A DNA stretch of 63,918 nucleotides, filler included, from Chiloscyllium plagiosum (Eukaryota): NCBI RefSeq assembly GCF_004010195.1. It is 4 parts of one record of this genome, joined end to end, with 100 filler letters (N's around TTAATTAATTAA, not from the genome) between each part and the next. Parts side by side here need not be neighbours in the genome. Positions count along the whole stretch, not along the records: positions 1 to 31,906 come from NC_057710.1; positions 32,007 to 53,962 come from NC_057710.1; 2 more parts are not named here. The stretch is one strand, 5' to 3'. Of the stretch, positions 26,284-36,200 are shown piece by piece; within the stretch, counting starts at the first letter, position 1, and every line of letters starts with the position of its first letter. The translations under genes were made by a program, and so were the position numbers. The notes under the pieces are model-generated. The model was not told the origin of the DNA. It saw only the letters and a program-made list of their open reading frames with translations, and searched no databases.

Positions 26284-27054
26284 GTAGGTTTACAAGAATG
26301 ATACCTAGACTTCAGAGGTTAAGTTATGAGGAGAAATTATACAAATTAGACTAATTTCTCTGAAATTTAGAAGGCTAAGGTGTGATCTGATCAAAGGCTT
26401 CAAGATATAACAGCAAGAGATAAAGTAGATAAAGATAAACCATTTCTTGGATTGGAGATTCTAGAACTAGGTGGTATAGACTGAGAATTTAGGGCCAGAC
26501 CATTCAGGAGATATGTTAGGAAGTACTTCTACACACACAGTGGTAGATATTTAGAACTCTCTTCCACAAATGGCAGTGGATGCTGGATCAGTTGTTAATT
26601 TTCAATCTGAGAGAGAATTTTGTTCAGCAAGGTATTAAGGGATATGGGCCAAAAGCAGGTATAAGGAGTTAGGCCACATAACAGTCATGATCTCATTGAA
26701 TGGTGGGACAGTTTGAAGGAGCTGACTGGCCGCCTCCTGTTCTTGTGTTCCTGTTAGATTCCTGATCACAGATCATCCTCTCTATTGTGCTAATGCCATC
26801 ATTAACTAACAGGGTCACCCCTCCACCTTTTCCTTGCTTCCTGTCCTTTTCTAAACATACCGTAACCTTTAATATTTAGATATCAATCCATGTTATCCTG
26901 CAGCTATATTATCTGCAAGGGCTACCAGATCATACTAATGTAGTTTTATTTTATAACCTTAGCCACTTTGATGATTTATTCTTAGATTTGTAATCTCTAT
27001 TGTGATGATACTATGGCTTTTTTTAGTTTTCGTTTTTCAGTATCAGTTGCTGCT

Positions 27055-27850
27055 GAGATCATCAGCTGCCATTTCTGCCACATCCAGCACGATGCCACCA
27101 GCAGAGACATATTCCCCTCCCCTTCCTCATCTCCCTTCCACAGGGACTGTTCCCTCTGGGTCCCCTGGTCCACTCTTCCCTTGTCCAACAACAACCCCTC
27201 CCCCCTGCAGAACTATGGCACCCTCCCCTGCATCCGCCAGAGATGTAACACCTGCCCATTTACCTCCTCCCTCCTCAGTATCCAACGGCCCAAACACACC
27301 TTCCAGGTGAATCAGCATTTTACCCGCACCTTCACAATCTAGTCCACTGCATTCATTGTTCAAAATGTGGTCTCCTCTACTTGGGGAAACAAAGCGTTGA
27401 CTGGGTGACCGCTTCGCAGAACATCTACATTCCACCAGCAGAAAAGAACCTGAGCTTCCAGTTGCCTGGCACTTTAACACACCACCCTATTCTCGGGCCA
27501 ATATCTCTGTCTCAGGCTTACTGCAGTGCTCCAGTGAAATTCAGTGCAAGCTGGAAAAACAACACCTCATTTTCTGCATGGGGACCCTGCAGCCCTCTGG
27601 ACTCAATATTGAGTTTAATAATTTTAGGGCTTGAACTCTCCTATGTCCTCGTCCCCTACCCCATACACCAGGCCTTGTTATCACAGCTTGCCACTGCACA
27701 CTACCCATTGTTATTTACTAACAGTCTCCATTAACAGCTATTCACCCTCCTAGCCAAATCATTTGTCTTTCCAACTATTCTTCTCTCTCATTTGGGTTCT
27801 ATCCCCATTTATCATTTACTCCTTATCCCCTCCCTCCACTCTATCTTCTG
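27055..27850 (+). mobile_element. Penelope-like element 3' part with GIY-YIG endonuclease remnant
   Basis: HIQHDATSRDIFPSP...GTLPCIRQRCNTCPF...HTFQVNQHFT, then LVHCIHCSKCGLLYLG and GETKR.LGDRFAEHL (GIY-YIG with CCHH). Confidence 0.88.
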
Positions 27851-27930
27851 CTTTTAATTCAGCACCTAATTCTTCACATTGACTATGCAAAACATTCTCC
27901 TTGAATCCTGCCCATGTTGTTGTTGGTAAC

Positions 27931-28240
27931 TACAGGAACCACAAAGACTGGATCCTTCCACCTTCCACTTCAAGTTCCTCTCTAGTCCTGAGTAGATTTC
28001 CTGCATCTGGTACTGATCAAGCAAAATAGCCATCTGGACTTCTGCTCTTTATTGCCGAGATCAGTGTCTGACCATACTGCCCTCCATGGGTTACAGGAAC
28101 CACAAAGACTGGATCCTCCCGCCTTCCACTTCAAGTCCTGAGTAGATTTCCTGCATGCTGGTACTGATCAAGCAAAATAGCCATCTGGACTTCTGCTCTT
28201 TATTGCCGAGATCAGTGTCTGACCATACTGCCCTCCATGG
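27931..28240. repeat. About 150-160-bp imperfect tandem duplication within an old CR1 ORF1 remnant
   Basis: tacaggaaccacaaagactggatcc...ccctccatggg at 27931-28090 and 28092-28240. Confidence 0.9.
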
Positions 28241-28611
28241 GCACTGAATTCCATTCTGCTCCGTCCACTTGAATGGTTTCCTTTACCATAGTGCCATTGT
28301 CAGTTAGCTCATTCACCCTGCAGCTCCCACGTGTTAAAACAAGCTGCAAGAACCTCAAACCCATCAGACAGTTCCAAAGGCTGAGACTCCTGTGCTCCTG
28401 CTCTCCTTTACCTGCCTTACTTTCAGTCATAGCCTACTGCCAAATGACTTACTCCTGATTTGTTTTGGTTTATTGTCCCTGAATGCTGAACAAAGCTATC
28501 CTAAGAGGTGTGGCTGCCTTCTGATAAAAGTATTCCAGATTAATTTTCCCCTCCTTGATGCATCACTGTATCTATAGCTCGGCTTCCAGCTCAAAAATAC
28601 TGAGCTAAAAC

Positions 28612-29000
28612 TGTGAGAAAGTGAGGACTATAGATACTGGAGATCACAGTCGAAGAGTGTGGTGCTGGAAAAACACAGCCGGTCAGGCAGCACCCGAGGA
28701 GCAGGAGAGATGACGTTTCAGAAATAAGCCCTTCACCAGGCCGTGGGTCTGCCTCAAGATGTGGCTGAAGAGCTTCAGGGCAGAGGAGACAATCTGGGGG
28801 GTGCAGTGAGAGACTCACTGAGATCATTGTAGAGGGAGAACTTCTTCAAAGTAGGCATCCTTGGAAGAGGCTTAGCAGTAAGGTTATAATCTCGGAGAAA
28901 GTGAGGACTACAGATGCTGGAGATCAGAGTCGAAGAGTGTGGTACTGGACAAGCACAGCACATCAGGCAGCATCCGAGAAGCAGGAGAGTTGACATTTTG
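28612..29000 (-). mobile_element. Penelope-like tandem terminal repeats (pLTR, family A) flanking a 5' ORF fragment
   Basis: Two copies of gagaaagtgaggact.cagatgctgg... (about 28615 and 28895); the spacer is reverse-complement similar to 57230-57345; degenerate hammerhead core at 28708-28740. Confidence 0.75.
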
Positions 29001-29419
29001 AACTCAATTTCCTCCATTCTCCTTTTTTTTTATTTCTGTAGACTGTGAAGCCTTCTTACATGAACACTTACAAAACTCATCTTTTGATTAACCTGCAAAT
29101 TTTTAGCCACACATTTCTGGTTCTGAAGTTATACAAACTAAACTTTTCTTTCACTGTAACTATGCTTTTCCTGATCTTTTCTGTACTTTTTTTAGGAGGT
29201 AAGCTATATTTCCAATTGACTCCAGTCAGGTCTCCTCTGAACTATCCCAAATCGATGGGTTTCCAAAGCTAAAACCTACTTTTTGATTATAATCGACTAA
29301 AAAAAAGCTAATAGCCCTTAATGTTTACTCCACCTGTTGCAAACCATGACAGTAAAAGCAATCTTTCATTAACAGCCTGGGGAGTCTTTGCTGTCTGAAA
29401 CATATTGGATAAGGTCAGT

Positions 29420-30260
29420 GTTAGAACAAAGAACAAAAGAAATTTACAGCCCAGGAACAGGCCCTTCAGCCCTCCAAGCCTGTGCCAATCCAAATCCACG
29501 GTCTAAACCTACCACCCAATTCCTAAGGATCTGTATCCCTCTGCTCCCCACCTACTCATGCATCTGTCCAGACACACCTTAAATGAATCTATCGTGCCTG
29601 CCTCTATTACCTCTGCTGGCAGCATGTTCCAGGCACCTACCATACCATGTGACTCCACTTTCTCCATTAGTTTATCATGGGGAACCTTATCAAATGCCTC
29701 ACTAAGGTCCATGTATATGGCATCTACAGTCCTTCCTTCATCTACTAACTTGGTCACTTCCTCAAAAAACTCCATTAGGTTGGTAAGGCACGATCTCTCC
29801 CGCACAAAACTGTCTTGCCTATCACTGATAAATCCATTCTTTTTCAAATATAAATAGATTCTATCCCTCAGTTTCTTATCCAGCAACTTTCCCATTACTG
29901 ACGTCAGGCTCACTGGTCTATAGTTACCTGGAATATCCCTATTACCCTTTTTGGACAGGGGGACAACATCAGCAACCCTCTAGTCCGCCGGCACTTTATT
30001 TGTGTTTAAGGATGCTACAAAGATATCTGTCAGGGCCCCAGCTAATTCCTCTCTCACCTCCCTTAGCAACCTGGGATAGATCCCATCTGGTCCTGGTGAT
30101 TTGTCCACCTTAATAGCCTTTAGCTGAACCAACACATCTTCCCTCCTTACATCTACATGATCCAGAATAAACAAACTTGTAACTCTAATCTCAACACATA
30201 TCATGTCCCTCTCCTCAGTGAACACTGATGCAAAATAATCATTGAGAATCGCACTCATTT
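29420..30260 (-). mobile_element. 5'-truncated, internally deleted CR1
   Basis: ORF 29509..29913 SLTSVMGKLL...[15 protein letters not shown]...AFDKVPH fused directly to 3' WNMLP; (ttctttg)n tail at about 29423-29440. Confidence 0.88.
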
Positions 30261-30261
30261 T

Positions 30262-32460
30262 CTTCTGGGTAATCCAAGATGGAGGATGGGAAAACTTTCT
30301 AGCTGTAACAGCTGCTCCTTTATTGAGGTATTTTAGGTATTGGAGGTGATTTCCTTGAATTCCAGGAGCAGCAATTACTGTTTTATATGCTGTTGCATTG
30401 TTTTGGAACTTTAGAAAAAAAATCAAAACAACAGCAGTTTTAAAAGGGAGAAGAACAGACAAAGGAAACACATGGTGAGATCAGTGCAGGAGACAGAGAG
30501 AAAGAAATGGACACCACAGTGAACCTGCATAGTTACTGCCTTTAATGTTTGAATTCGTGTATCGCTGGGCATCGGAGTGCGTCTGGGAAAATTAACAAAC
30601 AGTGAAATTCACAACTGATCTTGGAGGAACTATTTGCTTGAAGTTCACACCACAGAAACAGATAAGTGTATTGTTTTTAAGTGTGACCTACAGAAAGACT
30701 GTAGTAGTGAGTAGAGTGGGTTCTTTCTTGATTATATGTTTCTTTGAGATATGTCTCTTGATTAAAATTAAAATATAAGCCATAATTATTAATTTAACCT
30801 GGGGCAGTGTTTTGTAAAGGAATAAGACGGTGTTATTTTCTGGGTCTGTAGATTGTGAACGTGCAAAAATGGCCTTTAGTAGAGTGATAGGCACTTATTG
30901 TCAGATGTGGGAGTTTAAAGAGAGTTTAAGGGGGACGGCAGATTATATCTGCAATAAATGCTGTTGGTTGTGAATCTTATCAGATCAAATGGATCGGTTG
31001 AAGAGACAGTTAGAAGCAATGAAGAATTTTTAACAGTATGTGATGGATGGCAGTTATAGGAAGGGGGGATGTCTCAGATACAGTCACATAGATGGGTTAA
31101 CTCCAGGAAAGGTAAGAGAGGTAGGCAGCTAGAGCAGGAGCTTTCTGTGGCTATACCCATTTCAAACAAGTATGCTGTTTTGGAAAATGTAGGGGGTGAT
31201 GGATTCTCAGGTGAACGTAGCACGAACAGCCAGGATTCTGGAATTGAGATTGGCCATAATGCAATGAGGGGTACATCAGGTTCCAAGAGATCAATTGTGT
31301 TAGGGGACTCTAGTCCGAGGTACAGACAAACGTTTCTGTGGCCAGAAGCGAAGAATCTGAATGGTGTATTGTTTCCCTGGTGCCAGGATCAAGGCTGTCT
31401 CAGAGAGGGTGCAGAATGTTCTCAAGGGGAAGAGGGGCCAGCAGGAGGTCATTGTACACATTGGAACTAAAGACATTGGAAGGGAAAAGGTTGAAATTCT
31501 GAAGGGGGATTACAGAGAGTTAGGCAGGAATATAAAAAGGAGGTCCTTGAGTGTAGTAATATCTGGATTACTCCCGGTGCTACGAGCTAGTGAGGGCAGG
31601 AATAGGAAGATAGAGCAGATGAATGCATGGCTGAGGAGCTGGTATATGGGAGAAGCGTTCACATTTTTGGACCATTGGAATTTCTTTTTGGGGTAGAAGT
31701 GATCTGTACAAGAAGGACGGTTTGCACCTAAATTGGGAGGGGACTAATATGCTGGCAGGGGGATTTACAAGAGTTGCTTGGGAGGATTTAAACTAGTAAG
31801 TGGGGGGAGTGGGACCCAGGGAGATAGTGAGGAAAGAGATCAACCTGAGACTGGTACAGTTGAGAACAGAAGTGAGTCAAACAGTCAGGGCAGGCAGGGA
31901 CAAGGTNNNNNNNNNNNNNNNNNNNNNNNNNNNNNNNNNNNNNNNNNNNNTTAATTAATTAANNNNNNNNNNNNNNNNNNNNNNNNNNNNNNNNNNNNNN
32001 NNNNNNGTTGGAGGATTTGAGCTACAGGGAGAGGCTGAATAGGCTGGGACTGTTTTCCCTGGAGCGTCGGAGGCTGAGGGGTGACCTTATAGAGGTTTAC
32101 AAAATTATGAGGGGCATGGATAGGATAAATAGGCAAAGTCTTTTTCCTGGGATGGGGGAGTCCAGAACTAGAGGGCATAAGTTTATGGTGAGAGGGGAAA
32201 GGTATAAAAGAGACCTAAGGGGCAACTTTTTCACGCAGAGGGTAGTACGAGTATGGAATGAGCTGCCAGAGGATGTGGTGGAGGCTGGTACAATTGCAAC
32301 ATTTAAGAGGCATTTAGATGGGTATATGAATAGGAAGTGTTTGGAGGCATATGGGCTGGGTCCTGGCATGTGGGACTAGATTGGGTTGGGATATCTGGTC
32401 GGCATGGACGGGTTGGACCGAAGGGTCTGTTTCCATGCTGTACACCTCTATGACTCTATA
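30262..32460 (+). mobile_element. CR1 LINE: 5'UTR + ORF1 (30262-31906), then 3' end (32007-32460) on the other side of a scaffold linker
   Basis: ORF1 ATG at 30869, IVLGDS and VHIGT esterase motifs; 3' ORF 32008..32379 RLRGDLIEVYKI...WNELP; ctctatgactctat tail. The two halves may be different copies. Confidence 0.88.
31907..32006. other. Artificial scaffolding linker N44-TTAATTAATTAA-N44
   Basis: Exactly 100 nt with a six-frame-stop 12-mer; identical structure at 53963 and 59085. Confidence 0.97.
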
Positions 32461-33498
32461 ATTAGCAAAGAAAGGGAAATAAATTTGATACTTCTTGAAG
32501 TTTCTCATGAATGGATGTGGAGTTAATGCTGTGATGATGTGGGCATAATTTATTAATTTTGGAAAATGCATCCCTGAAGCTCATACAACCTGATTATAGT
32601 AACTGGCGCAGCATAAGATTGCGACAGTATGCCAGTATGGAAATGAACAAGATATTCTGAGTAATACACTTCTAAATGCTCAGCTGGAACTTATAAATGG
32701 GAGGGTGGGGTTGGTATGGTGGGCCCCTCCACCCCCTGAAAGGAAAGGTGATCAGCAGCCAATATACATTAAAGAAGCCTGGCCTACAGAGATAATGTGG
32801 TGCCGGTGGGTGAAACCAGGTGAGAGCAGGATGTACACTCCTCCCACTGCCCATAACAGTCATCAAACAATCTGATTGTCGGCAGCTCTGGTAGTCCTGC
32901 CATTGCCAGACGCTGATATTAAATGCTGCCCGGAACATAAGGAAGCTGGTAAGTTGAGCGTAGGAAGGCATAGTGAATATTAGGGAAATGGAGACCAGGA
33001 GATGGGGGGAGGTCGGAGGTGCTGGAGGTGCTGGTTTTGGAGGCAAAGCACAAAGAAATCAAGGGTGGCTACAAGTTCAGGGGTTGAAGGGGCTATACAC
33101 CTAATGCACACGTGGCATTCCCCAAAGGATGCTTGCCCCTATTCATTCCCAACTTTTCAACAATTTCTTTAAAAAAAACCTACCCATTCTTCTTACTGCC
33201 CAAATGTCTGCGCCAATCATACAATAGAATAGACAGAGTATCGTCTGGATCAAGTAGCATAGGTCACAAGTTCAGATGGCTTAATTATTCATTTAAAAAT
33301 GGCAGTGGGCCTCCAATTTTGTTAGCTGCCTCTAATGGACGGTCAGGTAAACCAGACTGCCTTTTATTTGTATTCAGTTTAGGGATATAGGGAACACTGG
33401 TTAGGCTAGCACTTGATTCCCATTGTAGGTTGACTTCATTTCTGTCTGGAGTCACATGTAGCCGAGCAGGTAAGGACAGCAGATTTACATTCCTAACA

Positions 33499-33597
33499 CA
33501 CTAGCTACCTGACGAAGGAGCAGCGATCCGAAAGTTTGTACTTCCAAATAAACCTGTTGGACTATAACCTGGGGTTGTGTGATTTTTAACTTTATCC
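33499..33597 (+). mobile_element. Penelope-like terminal repeat (family B) inserted in an older LINE/SINE tail
   Basis: Carries a hammerhead-like core followed by aataaacctgttggactataacctgg; flanks tcctaa/tcctga are a possible TSD. Confidence 0.7.
33506..33540 (+). ncRNA. Minimal type I hammerhead ribozyme-like motif (family B)
   Basis: UAC-CUGACGA-A-GGAG cagcg AUCC-GAA-AGUU-U-GUA: core CUGANGA/GAAA, stem II, self-complementary stem III, NUH, stem I UAC/GUA. Confidence 0.65.
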
Positions 33598-35164
33598 TGA
33601 AAGGATATTAGTGCACCTGATGAGCTTTACATCAACCAACAGCTGTTACATGCATGACATTTTTATTCCAGTTTTTTTTATTGAGTTCAAATTTCAGTAT
33701 CTGTCAAGGTCGGATTCAAACCCACATCCTTAGAACATTAGACTGGGTTCTGCATCACTAATCACATGATAATATAATTACATCACAGCTTCCCATTCAA
33801 TGTGAAAGACGGATACAGTGTTCCTTTTAAGGGATGATGATTTTAAGGGTTCTATTTGACAGAATTGTTGATAAGTGGAATTAATTTAGGAACTGTCCCC
33901 TATGGATTAATAACTTCTTCTTATCCTTCACTTCCTTAAAGTTTCTGTTCCAAGAATTAAGTTTGAACAAAGAACAGTTGTGATCACCTGTAGACTTCCA
34001 TATCTTGCAACTGTTTTTGTTTTAGGTTAGGTAATATCTATTATGAAAGTTTTATTTAGATTACATGGTTTGGGCAAATGCATTGCTAAATACTTAACCT
34101 TTATGTAATTTGACTCTCACAAACAACTTCAAACTACCTATCATCTGAATGCTAGCCTCAGTCTATTTGGAAACATTCAGGCAAAGGATGGGAGTGGGAA
34201 AGAATCCCATTCTGATAACAAGTTGTTATCATTTGTTGTGGATATGTCATAATCATTAAAATTCAAGAGTCCACTATATCACACATCAGTGATAAGGAAC
34301 GTAATACGCCCTATAGTCAATGACTTTACTTGGGCAATAACCTGATGTAGTGGATATAAATATCCTGCCTTTATCGAACTGATCTGATTTTTTTGTTCTA
34401 TAGATTTCAATGGGATAAAATTATAGAAACACAGTTTTTGACAAGGAAGTGAAGTGGAAAATTACACAGTGACTATCATAGTCACTGATAATGAAATAGT
34501 GCTCACTTCCCTGGTACAACAGTCCTGCAGTAATTGTCAACAGATATAATTATTCCACAATAATCTTAGCTCAGGGTTTAGATGATAATTATAACAGGGG
34601 ATGTTTCAATCTCATTATTTACAGAGCCAACTCAGCCCTTTTTTAATTACGAGATATTGAAACTATGTCACGGAGTCATTGGGTTGATGCGGTTGCTAGA
34701 GAGATAGCACAAACCTTTACAAGCACAGTGCAAGGTCAGTCTACATAGTGATGTTTTTAATGCACAAAGAAAAGCAGGTTTGAGTTAGGCGGAAGGTTCA
34801 AGTTTGAGATATCTTTTTCCTTATGCAAACTCACCTCTATCTTTAATTGTGCCTGGATGGAGAGTGGGTGACAAATGCCCTCCAAAGACGCATGTTTGTA
34901 TTTTAAACATAATATTATTGTTAAGATTTTCTATTGTGATTGGCTGGATATCTCAAGTGTTGCAAAACTTTCACCACAAAGTATTCTATTTGTCACCTTG
35001 GTCTATGAACCTGCCACTTATGAGGCATCTAAAGTTAATTCAGCTTTGGCCTATAATTGTTGTCAAGCCTCAAAAACCCGACTGTACCTCCCACATATGT
35101 TTCCCCCTCTCATCCACTCCTTGATTGATCCCTACTTGGCTTGAGATTTCCCTTCCCACCTGAT

Positions 35165-35391
35165 TGTAATGAGGTAAACCAGATGGACCTCATAGAATAT
35201 GAGTTCCCTGATAGGGGCTGTTAATCTGGTCCAATTAGGGAGCTTTAGCTGACAGAAAAAAACCCAGGAATGTTGGCCATCCTGATACTCTGAGAGCTGG
35301 CTCTGTGGAAGCTGGATTAATGTCAAGGATTTACCACATATAAACAAAGGGTGACTTGGTGACGGGATGTAGCCTTTGTGGAATTATTTTA
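35165..35391 (+). mobile_element. Short solo-LTR-like element, second copy
   Basis: Colinear similarity to 7007-7236 (aatctgg.ccaat.agggag, gggtgacttggtg, aattattt). Confidence 0.55.
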
Positions 35392-36065
35392 ATCTTCAGT
35401 GATTTTAACTTCAGTGTGTAAAACAGCACTAACTGCTGTCCATAAACATTGCAGGCACAGCAAGTTAGCTGTGACACAACAGTATCTGTCATTGTTTATG
35501 ACCGATGCTGCATCATTCTGAGTGCAGGCATTTGTAACTTCTTAGCGTCAAACACAAGGGATGTACTTTTCACTGGAATGCCTGAGAGTACTAAACACAT
35601 TGCTTTTTCAGTCTATATTTTCCATTATTTAATTATTATATAAAGTTTATAGTAAATTGCAGTATTGTATGAATTTTGCATTCTCAAAATGTGTGACTTA
35701 TTTCTTTAAGGCACTATATTCAGCCACATGTAAGGATAAATACACTTATAAAATCTGTTAGTTTTCTTGCAAAACCTGGGAATATGATTGAATAGAAACT
35801 TTGCTACACAGAATGAGGCAAGGATTAGAGTTCTGCTTTTTCACTTCTGCAAACTAGATTTAAAGTGTAAAGAGAAAAATAGATGGGACAGTTTCCTCCA
35901 GTTGCTATTTGTGATAAAAATTCCACGCATGTTTCAAAATAACAATTATCACTTTGTTAAATTGCTTTGAATCTCACGCTTACTGATGTTAAAGTCTCTG
36001 GGAGAGCTTAATTTGGGAGCATTCATAATATAAAACCTGAAAAGACTATAAATGTATTCGTGACT

Positions 36066-36200
36066 GTATTCCTGATGAAGGGCCTTTGCCCGAAACATCG
36101 ATTTTACTGCTTCTCGGATGCTGCCTGAACTGCTGTGCTTTACCAGCACCACTCTAATCTAGACTCTGGTTTCCAGCATCTGCAGTCATTGTTTTTACCT
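36066..36200 (+). mobile_element. Penelope-like terminal repeat (family A), solitary
   Basis: cctgatgaagggc...ggatgctgcctgaactgctgtgc...ccagcatctgcagtc, similar to 57525-57625 and the reverse complement of 58878-59010. Confidence 0.75.
36068..36103 (+). ncRNA. Minimal hammerhead ribozyme-like motif (family A)
   Basis: AUUC-CUGAUGA-A-GGGC cuuu GCCC-GAA-ACAU-C-GAUU; perfect 4-bp stem II; stem III ACAU is probably a CpG-decayed ACGU. Confidence 0.65.

Larger units (their letters stand above)
23340..26755 (+). mobile_element. Degenerate CR1 LINE ORF2 interrupted by a solo LTR
   Basis: EN and RT remnants (AILDLVMGNEP, SDHN, NYRPVSL); CR1 sequence resumes exactly after the LTR (aatgtag|gtttacaagaatg). 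Confidence 0.85.

Noticed and set aside
8144..31906. Next CORIN exon (LPCRSFCEAAKEGC-like)
   Set aside because: Not found in any + frame I could inspect; probably beyond the contig end.
31951..31962. Palindromic TTAATTAATTAA repeated at 31951, 54007 and 59129 as a biological motif
   Set aside because: Always centred in exactly 44+44 Ns; it is an assembly spacer with stops in all six frames.
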